DNA of 64,000 bases from an uncultured Chloroflexia bacterium (GCA_963703905.1 CAVPFY010000006.1:264601-328600), one strand, 5' to 3'. Numbered from the stretch's first letter, positions 45,957 to 54,622 are shown. Notes: generated from the sequence alone by a model not told the origin. Program-made: numbers and translations.

Positions 45957-47412
45957 CGGTGTCCGTAAGCGCATACTCACGGTCAGTAATCGCGGCCCCG
46001 TTGAGCACCGTTGGGGGGAGGACGGCGAAATCGAAGCCGTCGCCGGCCAGGGCGGCCTGGCGACGGCCCTGCGCGTCTCCGCCACGATGTACCCGACAAC
46101 CTGGTTATCCAGCCCCCTCAGCGATGTCGACCGCCTGATCGCAGAAGGCAAGGCAAAAGCGCCGGCCAAAGAGGGCGACGCGCACTTCGTCATGACGGAC
46201 CCGGAAGCGTACGAGCTTTTCTACAGCCGCTTCTCGAACGAGGTCCTCTGGTTTCTGCAGCACGGCCTTCCCTGGCCGCGCGACCTGGACCGAGGCGAGC
46301 GCCAGGACGCGTGGCAGCAGGGCTACCTGGCGGTCAACCAGGCGTTCGCCGGGGCCGTGATCGACGAACTCGACTGCGGCGACGTCCGCGCCGTGATGTT
46401 CCACGACTACCACTTCTATAAGGCGCCTATGCTGGTCCGCAAGGCCCGCCCGGACGCGTACCTGCAGCACTTCCTTCACATCCCCTGGCCCGCCGCGGAG
46501 GCCTGGCGGCAACTCGACCCTGAAATCGTGACGTCGATTTGCAGGGGCCTCCTGGGCAATGACAGCGTCGTCTTCCAGACAGTGGAGTCGGCATACAACT
46601 TCCTCGACACCTGCGCGGAGTACCTGCCGGACTGCCGCATCGAAAGAGGCCGCTGGGGGTGCACCTTCAACGGACGTTTGACGCGCGTCTGGGCGGACGC
46701 GATCTCAGTCGACCCGGAGGAGCTGGCGGACGCCGCGGCCTCGCCCGACTTCGCGCGTTACCGCTACCTGCTGCGGCCGGCGCCCGGTGTGAAGACGATT
46801 CTGCGGGTCGACAGGCTGGATCTGAGCAAGAACGTGGTTCGCGGCTTCGAGGCCTACCGGCTGCTCTTGCAGGAGCACCCGGAGCTGCGCGAGAAAGTCT
46901 ACTTCCTGGCCCTGCTGGTGCCGTCTCGAAGCGACATCGACTCCTACCGCGAATATCAGGACGAGGCCTTGGGGCTGGCGGAGCGGATCAACAAGGAGTT
47001 CGGCAACCTGCGCTGGAAGCCGATCAAGACGATCTTCGAGAACAACCGCATCCAGGCCCTGGGCGCGATGTCCCTTTACGATGTGCTGCTTGTGAACCCC
47101 GTGGCCGATGGCATGAACCTGGTCGCCAAGGAAGGCCCCACGGTGAACACGCGCGAAGGCGTGCTGGTGCTCTCGCGCACCGCGGGGGCCTACGAAGAGC
47201 TACAGCAGGTTGCCCTGGGCGTTGACCCTTACGACGTGGCGGAGACGGCGCAGGCGCTGTATCAGGCGCTGACCATGGCGCCTCTCGATCGTCACCAGCG
47301 CGCCCAGGAGATGAAGACGATCATCCGCCTGCACGACCTGCGCGAGTGGTTCAACGCCCTCCTGGACGACATCGACCGGCACGCGCCGCTGCCGGCATCG
47401 TCGGCGGCCTGA
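45949..47412 (+). CDS. otsA: alpha,alpha-trehalose-phosphate synthase (GT20)
   Basis: 487 aa. FHDYHFY, ILRVDRLDLSKNV, NPVADGMNLVAKE motifs. 8-nt overlap with otsB. Confidence 0.9.
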   Translation: MPDGVRKRILTVSNRGPVEHRWGEDGEIEAVAGQGGLATALRVSATMYPTTWLSSPLSDVDRLIAEGKAKAPAKEGDAHFVMTDPEAYELFYSRFSNEVLWFLQHGLPWPRDLDRGERQDAWQQGYLAVNQAFAGAVIDELDCGDVRAVMFHDYHFYKAPMLVRKARPDAYLQHFLHIPWPAAEAWRQLDPEIVTSICRGLLGNDSVVFQTVESAYNFLDTCAEYLPDCRIERGRWGCTFNGRLTRVWADAISVDPEELADAAASPDFARYRYLLRPAPGVKTILRVDRLDLSKNVVRGFEAYRLLLQEHPELREKVYFLALLVPSRSDIDSYREYQDEALGLAERINKEFGNLRWKPIKTIFENNRIQALGAMSLYDVLLVNPVADGMNLVAKEGPTVNTREGVLVLSRTAGAYEELQQVALGVDPYDVAETAQALYQALTMAPLDRHQRAQEMKTIIRLHDLREWFNALLDDIDRHAPLPASSAA

Positions 47413-47416
47413 GAAG

Positions 47417-47523
47417 AGTAATCAGTCATCAGTAATCAGTTATCAGTCCGGAGGGGATGCTGTGACCCCGGTTCGCCGGGACGCGGCCCTCAACATGGTT
47501 CGGACCGATTACTGATTACTGAC
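47417..47523. repeat. heptamer repeats in inverted orientation forming a long hairpin after otsA
   Basis: AGTAATC AGTCATC AGTAATC AGTTATC (47417..47444) faces GATTACT GATTACT (47507..47520). Together they give a roughly 20-bp imperfect stem. Confidence 0.8.
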
Positions 47524-47600
47524 AACGGGTTGCTTCCTCGGCCATTTGTAACGGAAATGAGAGGATAGACAGAAAGTTCGTAATTGAAAGCTCACAGACG

Positions 47601-47629
47601 TTGACATGGCATTAACCTAACCTTAATCT
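47601..47629 (+). promoter_or_regulatory. putative strong sigma70-type promoter
   Basis: TTGACA (47601..47606), 17-nt spacer, TAATCT (47624..47629), inside a visibly AT-richer stretch. Confidence 0.5.
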
Positions 47630-47675
47630 GTGCTTGCTGTCACAATCCAAATGATGGAAGGCTAGGGGCAAGGAA

Positions 47676-47885
47676 ATGCAAGCCGCTTTACCTCGAGTAT
47701 GTCCGCGATGTCGTGGTTCGATGATTGTAGAACGAGACTGGTACGGCTCCTATAGCACATGCATCTGCTGCGGTTTCGTTAAAGAAGCAGTTTCATCCCC
47801 GGCCATTGACCTGATGCTTGAAGACGAAGAAGGGCACGGCCGCCAGCGGCGCCGCCAACCTTCGCACGGCAAGCTCCGGCTCTAG
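47676..47885 (+). CDS. small zinc-ribbon protein (69 aa)
   Basis: CPRCRGSM..(16)..CICCGF four-Cys ribbon, acidic middle and a basic tail RRRQPSHGKLRL. Codon usage is AT-richer than in neighbouring genes. Confidence 0.55.
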   Translation: MQAALPRVCPRCRGSMIVERDWYGSYSTCICCGFVKEAVSSPAIDLMLEDEEGHGRQRRRQPSHGKLRL

Positions 47886-47917
47886 ACGACCCAGGCCCCG
47901 CCCCCGCCTAAAGATCA

Positions 47918-47948
47918 CGAGACCTCCCTGAAGAGGTCTCGTTTCTTT
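47918..47948 (+). terminator. rho-independent terminator
   Basis: cgagacctc-cctgaa-gaggtctcg (9-bp perfect stem) followed by tttcttt. Confidence 0.75.
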
Positions 47949-48023
47949 CCCTGCTCTTTGACAGGCCGGGACAGGTGCTACGATGCCGCCATTCTCGCTT
48001 CCAAGGCGTTGCAGGAGGGCAGA

Positions 48024-48311
48024 GTGCAGTACGTCCGTGTTTCCTTGACGACCCCCAAGGACGGGAGTAGGGACGAGGTCCTCAAGATCGAAGAGCAGCT
48101 GCTGGACTTCTTCCGCAAGCAGCAAGGCTTCCATGACGCCTACCGGCTGCAGTCGCCCTCCCAGATCGGACGGGTGACCGTCTGGGACTCGCACGTCAGC
48201 GCCGATCAGGCCGCCAACGCTCAGCACACGCTCGCCCTACGTTCGCGCCTCCTGCCGCTAACGAGCGAGTCCATCGAGCTTGGCCTCGATGGCGAGCGCG
48301 TGGCGAAGTAG
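48024..48311 (+). CDS. ABM/Dabb-like small alpha+beta protein (tentative)
   Basis: GTG 48024 preceded by GGAGGG. VQYVRVSLTTPKDGSRDEVLKIEEQLLDFFRKQQGFHDAYRL..GRVTVWDS resembles antibiotic-biosynthesis-monooxygenase-like domains. Confidence 0.4.
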   Translation: MQYVRVSLTTPKDGSRDEVLKIEEQLLDFFRKQQGFHDAYRLQSPSQIGRVTVWDSHVSADQAANAQHTLALRSRLLPLTSESIELGLDGERVAK

Positions 48312-48417
48312 CCTTTGTTGGCGCCGGGTCCGGACGTACGGATTGCACCTTCGACGAGGCCTGGCCAAAGGAGCCGTCTTAATCACGTGCGAGCCAGCAA
48401 GCTGAGTGGAGCCTGAA

Positions 48418-48537
48418 TTCCGCTCGTGGTGAGCATGGTCGAACCACGAACGGATGAGGCGCCGGCTCAGCGCTCTTCCGGATCTCCGCTCGTCCACCTG
48501 GTGCCCGCTGGCCCTTCTACAAGCTCAGGACGAACGG
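48418..48537. repeat. gene-less composite of a type-1 hairpin repeat (copy D) and one type-2 core
   Basis: ttccgctcgtggtgagcatggtcgaaccacgaacgg (48418..48453), then ..cccttctacaagctcaggacgaacgg (48512..48537). Order and orientation match 33137..33280. Confidence 0.8.
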
Positions 48538-48580
48538 AAGGTAGTTGTTCGAGGGGAAGCGGGTGCGGGACAGGATGGCG

Positions 48581-48618
48581 AAGGCCCTCGCATCGCGCGA
48601 GGGCCTTGCGTTTTCGTT
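48581..48618 (+). terminator. hairpin terminator candidate
   Basis: aaggccctcgc-atcgc-gcgagggcctt (11-bp perfect stem) followed by gcgttttcgtt. It lies between the convergent ABM-like and hsp20 genes. Confidence 0.5.
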
Positions 48619-48643
48619 GCGCCCAGACAGCTAGCTCGATACT

Positions 48644-49108
48644 TCAGTTCGAGGCGGCGACGCTGCCTGCGCTGACCTTGATCTGCTTTGAGCGCAGGGC
48701 CTCCGCCTTGGGCAGGTGCAGGGTCAGCACGCCGTTCTCGAACCCTGCTTGCGCCTTGTCGGCGTCGACGCTTACCGGCAGGGCCAGCGAGCGGTGATAG
48801 GCGCCGTAGCGGATCTCGCGGCGGTAGTAATCGCGCTTCTGCTCCTCGGCCTGCTCCTTGCGTTCAGCGCGGATCGTCAGCACGTCGTTCTGGACTGAGA
48901 TGTCGACCTGGTCCGGGCCCACGCCGGGCAGGGCTGCCTTTACGTCCAGGGCGTCTTCGGTCTCCGAGACCTCGACCGGAAAGGAGAGGGAAGCGGGCGC
49001 CTGCTCGGGCGAGATGAAACGCCGCGGGCGGGCAAATCCGTCATCGAAGAGGCGGTCCACGGTGGTGCGGAGGTCGGAAAAGGGGTCCCAGCGGACGATG
49101 GTCGTCAT
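48644..49108 (-). CDS. Hsp20/alpha-crystallin small heat-shock protein
   Basis: Start at MTTIVRWDPFSDLRTTVDRLFDD with AAGGAG upstream. The alpha-crystallin core is ALDVKAALPGVGPDQVDISVQNDVLTIRAER..GAYHRSLALP..AGFENGVLTLHLPK. Confidence 0.9.
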   Translation of the reverse strand: MTTIVRWDPFSDLRTTVDRLFDDGFARPRRFISPEQAPASLSFPVEVSETEDALDVKAALPGVGPDQVDISVQNDVLTIRAERKEQAEEQKRDYYRREIRYGAYHRSLALPVSVDADKAQAGFENGVLTLHLPKAEALRSKQIKVSAGSVAASN

Positions 49109-49166
49109 TCTTGATGTCTCCTTGGCTGTGGTGCGGGCCGGCAGGCGCCGGCATTTGCTTGATCTG

Positions 49167-49195
49167 AATGTAAGGTGGCTTGCAGAACTTGTCAA
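49167..49195 (-). promoter_or_regulatory. putative hsp20 promoter
   Basis: Minus strand: TTGACA (49195..49190), 17-nt spacer, TACATT (49172..49167). Confidence 0.4.
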
Positions 49196-49248
49196 GGTCT
49201 TAGCAAATAATCTTGATAAGAGTACTAGCAGCTTGCCTACCCTGCCCG

Positions 49249-49277
49249 TTGACTACTCACGTCTGTCCCGGTAAACT
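49249..49277 (+). promoter_or_regulatory. putative promoter of the J-protein/htrA-like/hspR operon
   Basis: TTGACT (49249..49254), 17-nt spacer, TAAACT (49272..49277). Confidence 0.4.
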
Positions 49278-49300
49278 GACTTCGAATCCAGGAAACCAGC

Positions 49301-50224
49301 ATGGCACAGGACTTCTACAACACCATTGGCGTCAGCCGCACGGCAACGGAGAAGGAAATCCGCTCCGCCTACCGCAAGCTGGCGCGCAAGCTTCACCCGG
49401 ACGTGAACCCCGGCGACAAGGCGTCCGAGTCGCGCTTCAAGGAGATCAACGCCGCTTACGACGTGCTGTCCGACAAGGACAAGCGCAAGAAGTACGACCT
49501 CTACGGCGAGAACTGGGAGCACGCGGACGAGATCGAGAAGGCGCGCGCCCAGCGCGGCCGCGGCGGCTTTTACTCTGGTGGCGACCCGAACACGCAGTAC
49601 CGCACCTACACCTTTGGTGGCGACGAAGCCGACATCTTCGGCGAGGGCGGCGGCGACATACTCGGCGGCCTGTTCGGCGGCAGGCGAGGCCGGCCCCGGC
49701 CGCGAAACCTCAACATCGAGCAGCCGGTCCAGATCACGCTGGAGGAGGCGGCAAACGGCGCCACCCGCACGTTGCAGCTTCTCACCGGCGACAACGGCGC
49801 CGCCCCTCGGCGGCTGGAGGTGAAGATCCCGGCAGGCGTCCAGTCCGGCTCGCGCATCCGCTACGCCCGCGAAGGCCTGGCCGAGGGCACGCGCAAGGGC
49901 GACCTCTACCTGGTGGTCGAGGTCTTGCCCGACGATCGCTTCGAGCGCAAAGGCGACGACCTGTACACCGAGGTCGAAGTACCGGTGACTACCGCCGTCC
50001 TCGGCGGCGAGGCGACGGTGCAGACGATAGGCCGCAGGGTGGCCATGAAGGTCCCGCCGCTGACGCAGAACGGCCGCACAATCCGCCTCGCCGGCCTGGG
50101 CATGCCGAAGCTGAACTCCGACCAGAAGGGCGACCTCTACGTGCGCGTGAAGGCCCGCCTTCCCGAAGCCCTGGACGAGAACGAACGAAAGCTCTTCGAA
50201 GAGCTGAAGGAACTGGGAGTATGA
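49301..50224 (+). CDS. DnaJ-family co-chaperone lacking the Cys-rich zinc finger (CbpA-like, class II)
   Basis: 307 aa. J domain with KLHPDVN (HPD), a G/F-rich region and C-terminal beta domains. No CxxCxGxG repeats. Confidence 0.85.
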   Translation: MAQDFYNTIGVSRTATEKEIRSAYRKLARKLHPDVNPGDKASESRFKEINAAYDVLSDKDKRKKYDLYGENWEHADEIEKARAQRGRGGFYSGGDPNTQYRTYTFGGDEADIFGEGGGDILGGLFGGRRGRPRPRNLNIEQPVQITLEEAANGATRTLQLLTGDNGAAPRRLEVKIPAGVQSGSRIRYAREGLAEGTRKGDLYLVVEVLPDDRFERKGDDLYTEVEVPVTTAVLGGEATVQTIGRRVAMKVPPLTQNGRTIRLAGLGMPKLNSDQKGDLYVRVKARLPEALDENERKLFEELKELGV

Positions 50225-51312
50225 CAACAACTCTGCTGACACACGCGGCCCAGGCCTCCTGGGCAGGCGCGAACGCCGCCTCCGGCGGTTCCCCGGGCCG
50301 CCCCTCCGAGGGCGACGCCCTGGACGCGTACTCGCGCGCGGTCTCCGGCGCGGCCGAACGCGTGGGCCCCGCCGTGGTGAGCGTCGAGGTCAAAGGCCGG
50401 CCTCGGCCGCAAGGCCGCGGCCGAGGCGGGCGTGGCCAGCGGCCGCAGCCGCCCGTGGACCCCAACGCCTACGAGCCCACGGGCTCCGGCGTCATCTTCG
50501 ATTCCCAGGGCCGCGTGATCACAAACGAGCACGTTGCGCGCACGGCGCCCTCGCCGGACGCGATCTCAGTGGTCCTGCCGGACGGCCGCCGCTTCCCCGC
50601 GGTGGTCGAGATGGCGGACCCTTCCGTGGACATCGCCGTGCTGCGCATCCCAAACGCGCCGGCCGGCCTGCCGGTCGCCGAGCTGACGTCGGCGGCGCTC
50701 AGGGTCGGCCAACTGGTCGTGGCCATCGGCAACCCTTACGGATTGAGCTGGACCGTGACCGCCGGCGTCGTCAGCGCCGTCGGGCGCGCCCTGCCCATAG
50801 GCCCGGGGCACGAGCTGAAGGACCTGGTGCAGACGGACACGCCGATCAACCCCGGCAACTCCGGCGGCCCCCTGGTCGACGCTCAGGGCAGGGTCGTCGG
50901 CATCACGACCGCCGTCATGCCGTTCGCGCGCGGCGTGGGCTTTGCCGTCCCTACGTCGGCCGTGCTCGGCGCGATCGCCGGCCATCAGGAGCGGCTGCGG
51001 AGCCAGGGGCCCCGGAAGTTCGGCATCAGCGGCGTCCAGACGGCGATCGAGCCGGCCCTTCAGACACGCCTCGGCCTGGCACAGGACAAGGGCGTCCTCC
51101 TGGTCGACGTCCAGCCCGGCTCACCTGCCGCCGATGCCAGTCTGCGCGCGCTCGACGTGGTCGTCAGCATCAGCGATACGTCCGTCACCACGGTCGAGGC
51201 CCTGAAGGAACGCATCGATGCCACGAAGGGGGGCGTGAACGTGGAGGTCGCCTTTATCCGAGAGGGCAAGTTGCGGCGGACGCACGCGGTGCTGGGGAAC
51301 CCCCACCCCTAA
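50221..51312 (+). CDS. HtrA/DegP-like S1C serine protease with PDZ domain, no signal peptide
   Basis: ATGA overlap with the J-protein stop. Triad contexts NEHV, DIAVL, GNSGGPL. PDZ-like GVLLVDVQPGSPAADASL. It occupies the last 364 codons of ORF 49213..51312. Confidence 0.8.
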   Translation: MTTTLLTHAAQASWAGANAASGGSPGRPSEGDALDAYSRAVSGAAERVGPAVVSVEVKGRPRPQGRGRGGRGQRPQPPVDPNAYEPTGSGVIFDSQGRVITNEHVARTAPSPDAISVVLPDGRRFPAVVEMADPSVDIAVLRIPNAPAGLPVAELTSAALRVGQLVVAIGNPYGLSWTVTAGVVSAVGRALPIGPGHELKDLVQTDTPINPGNSGGPLVDAQGRVVGITTAVMPFARGVGFAVPTSAVLGAIAGHQERLRSQGPRKFGISGVQTAIEPALQTRLGLAQDKGVLLVDVQPGSPAADASLRALDVVVSISDTSVTTVEALKERIDATKGGVNVEVAFIREGKLRRTHAVLGNPHP

Positions 51313-51321
51313 CGGAGAGCG

Positions 51322-51657
51322 ATGAACCAGAACAGGTACGAACAAGAGCCGGCATTCATCATCAGCGTCGCGGCGCGGATGCTGGGGGTTCACGCGCAGA
51401 CCCTGCGCTACTACGAGCGCGTCGGCCTGCTGACGCCGTCGCGGTCGCGGGGGCGGATCAGGCTCTACTCGCAGGCCGACATCAACCGCATCCGCCAGGT
51501 GCAGGGTCTGATCGACGACCTGGGCGTGAACCTGGCCGGGGCCGAGGTGATCATCGACATGAGCTCGAAGATCCGGCGGCTAGAGGAGGAGAACGACCTC
51601 CTGCGGCGGGAACTGCAGCGGCTGCGGGACCGGCGCCTGCCGGCGCCGAGAGGGTAG
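51322..51657 (+). CDS. hspR: HspR-like MerR-family heat-shock repressor
   Basis: 111 aa. FIISVAARMLGVHAQTLRYYERVGLLTPSRSRGRIRLYSQADI. Sits at the end of a J-protein operon, as in actinobacterial dnaK operons. Confidence 0.75.
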   Translation: MNQNRYEQEPAFIISVAARMLGVHAQTLRYYERVGLLTPSRSRGRIRLYSQADINRIRQVQGLIDDLGVNLAGAEVIIDMSSKIRRLEEENDLLRRELQRLRDRRLPAPRG

Positions 51658-51721
51658 AAGCGGAGTCGAAGCAGTGGTGGCGTGAGGAGTACCCGCAAGC
51701 TTCGAGGCGGGAAATCTGCCA

Positions 51722-51803
51722 CCGGATTGTGAACGGATAAACCGATAGGCATTAAGAGCCTCAGCTCATCCGTTTATCTGTTCGAAATCCGTTGACAGAT
51801 TCG
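51722..51803. repeat. nested AACGGAT/ATCCGTT inverted-repeat element (copy 2)
   Basis: ggattgtgAACGGATaaACCGATagg...tcATCCGTTtATCTGTTcgaaATCCGTTGACAgattc. Motif number, order and spacing match 1240..1327. Confidence 0.75.
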
Positions 51804-51829
51804 AATACTAGTTAGGCAGGTGATTTGAA

Positions 51830-54301
51830 ATGATGAAACAGGACAGGTTCACAGAGCAGGCCCAGGAAGTGCTGTCTAACTCACAGCAGTACGTCCGCGA
51901 GCAGAAGCACCCGCAGTGGGACGTGGAGCACATCTTCCTGGCGCTGCTCTCGCACCAGGACGGCCTGGCCCGCCGCATCTTCGACAAGCTCGGCGTGTCG
52001 CCGGACCAGCTGCGCCAGAAGGTCGCCGCCGCGCTGGAGAAGACGCCGAAAGCGCAGTACGAGAGCGTGCAGATCTACGTGACGCCGCGCGTCGTGCGGC
52101 TCCTGGAAACCGCGAACGCCGAGGCCGAGCGCCTCAAGGACGAGTACGTCGGCGTCGAGCACATCCTCGTCGCCATCGCCGACGAGCGCGACGGCGAGTC
52201 GGCGCGGATTCTGCGCGAGGCCGGCGTCGACAAGGAGCGCATCTACAAGGCGATGCAAGAGGTGCGCGGCGGCGCGCGCGTCCAGAGCCCGCGCGCCGAA
52301 AGCCACTACCAGGCCCTCGAGAAGTACTCGATCGACCTGACGGAGCTGGCGCGGCAGGGCAAGCTGGACCCGGTGATCGGGCGCGAGGAGGAGATCCAGC
52401 GGGTCATGCAGGTCCTCAACCGGCGCTCCAAGAACAACCCCGTGATCATCGGCGAGGCCGGCGTCGGCAAGACGGCGATCGTGGAAGGCCTGGCCCAGAA
52501 GATCGCAGCCGGCGACGTTCCGGAGAACCTGCGCGACCGCAAGGTGCTGGCCCTGGACATGGGCGCGCTTGTCGCCGGCTCGAAGTTCCGCGGCGAGTTC
52601 GAGGAGCGCCTTCAGGCCGTCATGGACGAGACCAGGAAGTCGGAGGGCGAGATCATCCTTTTCCTGGACGAGATCCACCAGATGGTAGGCGCCGGCGGCG
52701 CCGAGGGCGCGATCGACGCATCGACAATGATGAAGCCGGCCCTGGCTCGCGGCGAGCTGCACGCGATCGGCGCGACGACGCTGGACGAATACCGCAAGTA
52801 CATCGAAAAGGACGCGGCGTTGGAGCGCCGCTTCGCCCCGGTGTACGTCGACGAGCCGACGGTCGAGGAGACGATCGAGATCCTGAAAGGCCTGCGCCCG
52901 CGCTACGAGGCGCACCACAAGGTCAAGATCACCGACGACGCGTTGGAGGCCGCGGCGCGGCTGTCGCACCGTTACGTCGCCGACCGCTTCCTGCCCGACA
53001 AAGCCATCGACCTGATCGACGAGGCCGCCTCGAAGCACGTGATCGACGCCCAGTCGATGACGCCGGAGCTGCGCGAGATCAAGGTTCGCCTGGACGAGCT
53101 CAGTGCGGAAGTCGAGGCCGCGGCGACGCGCCAGGACTACGAGGCCGCGGCACGGCTGCGCACGGAAGTGCTGCAGCTGCAGGGCGATTACGAGGCCAGG
53201 AAGGCGGAGTGGCAGCGCACGGAGAAGATCGACACCGAGGTGTCGGCCGAGGACATCGCCGAGCTCATCGGCAAGGTGACCGGCATCCCCGTGGCGCGCA
53301 TGCTCGAAGGCGAGACCGAGAAGCTCCTGCACATGGAGGAGGCCCTGCACGAAAGGGTAATCGGCCAGGACCAGGCCGTCGTTGCGCTGTCGGACGCCAT
53401 CCGCCGCGCCCGCGCCGGCCTCAAGGACCCGAAGCGCCCGATCGGCAGCTTCATCTTCCTCGGCCCCACGGGCGTCGGTAAGACTGAGCTGGCGCGGGCG
53501 CTGGCGGGTTACCTGTTCGACGATGAGGACGCGATGGTGCGCATCGACATGTCGGAGTACATGGAGAAGCACACGGTCTCGCGCCTGATCGGCGCGCCGC
53601 CCGGGTACGTTGGCTACGACGAGGCCGGCGGCCTGACCGAGGCCGTTCGGCGTCGCCCTTACAGCGCCATCCTCTTCGACGAGATCGAAAAGGCCCACCC
53701 GGACGTGCTCAACGTCCTGCTGCAGGTCATGGAAGACGGGCGCCTGACGGACGGCCACGGCCGTACGGTGGACTTCCGCAATACCGTGGTCATCATGACG
53801 TCCAACCTGGGCACGGGTCAGGCCAACAAGGGCGCCTTCGGTTTCGTCACCGACCGGACGCAGAACGAGGAGGAACGCGACCGCCTGCATAAGCGCGTCG
53901 AGCGGGCCCTGCAGGACTTCTTCCGCCCCGAGTTCCTGAACCGGGTCGACGACGTCATCGTCTTCGAGCCGCTGACGGAGGTCGAGCTGCGCCAGATCGT
54001 CGACATCATGCTCAACGAAGTCGGCCAACGTCTGGCCGAGCGCCAGATCACGTTGGAGCTGACTGAGGGCGCGAAAGAGGAGCTGGTGCGCGAGGGTTAC
54101 GACCCGGTCTACGGCGCGCGGCCGTTGCGCCGCACACTGGAGCGCCGGATCGAGAATCCGCTCTCGAAGCGTATCCTCGCGGCCGAGTTCGGCGAGGGCG
54201 ACCACGTGGTCGTCGACTACGCCGACGGCGCCTTCAGCTTCGGAAAGGGCACGCCCGCGGACGTTGCGCCGGAGCCGGAGGTAGTGGGCGTGCGCGGGTA
54301 A
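51830..54301 (+). CDS. clpC: Clp/Hsp100 ATPase, ClpC type (short UVR-like middle domain)
   Basis: 823 aa with Clp_N repeats. Walker A GEAGVGKT and GPTGVGKT. The DEAAS-to-GIPV middle region is about 95 aa and contains [15 protein letters not shown] lies 6 nt before the ATG. Confidence 0.85.
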   Translation: MMKQDRFTEQAQEVLSNSQQYVREQKHPQWDVEHIFLALLSHQDGLARRIFDKLGVSPDQLRQKVAAALEKTPKAQYESVQIYVTPRVVRLLETANAEAERLKDEYVGVEHILVAIADERDGESARILREAGVDKERIYKAMQEVRGGARVQSPRAESHYQALEKYSIDLTELARQGKLDPVIGREEEIQRVMQVLNRRSKNNPVIIGEAGVGKTAIVEGLAQKIAAGDVPENLRDRKVLALDMGALVAGSKFRGEFEERLQAVMDETRKSEGEIILFLDEIHQMVGAGGAEGAIDASTMMKPALARGELHAIGATTLDEYRKYIEKDAALERRFAPVYVDEPTVEETIEILKGLRPRYEAHHKVKITDDALEAAARLSHRYVADRFLPDKAIDLIDEAASKHVIDAQSMTPELREIKVRLDELSAEVEAAATRQDYEAAARLRTEVLQLQGDYEARKAEWQRTEKIDTEVSAEDIAELIGKVTGIPVARMLEGETEKLLHMEEALHERVIGQDQAVVALSDAIRRARAGLKDPKRPIGSFIFLGPTGVGKTELARALAGYLFDDEDAMVRIDMSEYMEKHTVSRLIGAPPGYVGYDEAGGLTEAVRRRPYSAILFDEIEKAHPDVLNVLLQVMEDGRLTDGHGRTVDFRNTVVIMTSNLGTGQANKGAFGFVTDRTQNEEERDRLHKRVERALQDFFRPEFLNRVDDVIVFEPLTEVELRQIVDIMLNEVGQRLAERQITLELTEGAKEELVREGYDPVYGARPLRRTLERRIENPLSKRILAAEFGEGDHVVVDYADGAFSFGKGTPADVAPEPEVVGVRG

Positions 54302-54323
54302 GGCCGCACTGTTCCCGCATAAA

Positions 54324-54360
54324 GGAGGCCGCCTCGAATCCCGGGGCGGCCTCTCTTTTG
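54324..54360 (+). terminator. rho-independent terminator after clpC
   Basis: ggaggccgcc (54324..54333) pairs with ggcggcctct (54345..54354), followed by ctttt. Confidence 0.7.
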
Positions 54361-54364
54361 GGTG

Positions 54365-54622
54365 TCAGGGATTGCGAAGGATGTCGTGCGGACCAATTCT
54401 ACGGAGCGTAATGCTGTCGCCTTCCCAGCTCAGAGTTATGCGGTAGTCCCGCGAAATTCGGCCTTCCCAAACATCATCATGCCCCGACATCTTCTTGAGG
54501 CGTAGGGACGGATGACCGGGGTCAGTCGCCATCAGGCTCAGTAACCGGTCTGCACTCCGCTGAACATTGGGTGGCAACCGTCGGAAGTCCGAGTCGAAGC
54601 GGTCGGTGGTGAAGAGCCTCAT
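54365..54622 (-). CDS. RelE/ParE-family toxin
   Basis: 85 aa. FDSDFRRLPPNVQRSADRLLSLMATDPGHPSLRLKKMSGHDDVWEGRISRDYRITLSWEG follows the RelE/ParE fold pattern. 4-nt overlap with the upstream antitoxin. Confidence 0.75.
   Translation of the reverse strand: MRLFTTDRFDSDFRRLPPNVQRSADRLLSLMATDPGHPSLRLKKMSGHDDVWEGRISRDYRITLSWEGDSITLRRIGPHDILRNP

Noticed and set aside
49109-49300. A search for HspR (HAIR, CTTGAGT-N7-ACTCAAG) or HrcA (CIRCE) operators in the hsp20/J-protein divergent region and upstream of clpC.
   Set aside because: I saw only partial CTTGA/TCAAG half-sites with the wrong spacing. A by-eye search is not decisive, so no operator is annotated.
49213-50220. The first 336 codons of the 699-aa ORF 49213..51312.
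   Set aside because: This part is an Arg/Pro-rich alternative frame of the J-protein gene. The HtrA-like CDS starts at ATG 50221, coupled to the J-protein stop.
51881-54205. A 774-aa ORF antisense to clpC. Similar long antisense or out-of-frame ORFs occur elsewhere (e.g. 8144..8980, 8544..9770, 17966..19438, 25488..26846, 34710..36098, 39129..40289).
   Set aside because: These ORFs are rich in Arg/Ala/Gly/Pro with no motifs. Each lies opposite a gene with clear family signatures. Open antisense frames are expected at this GC content.
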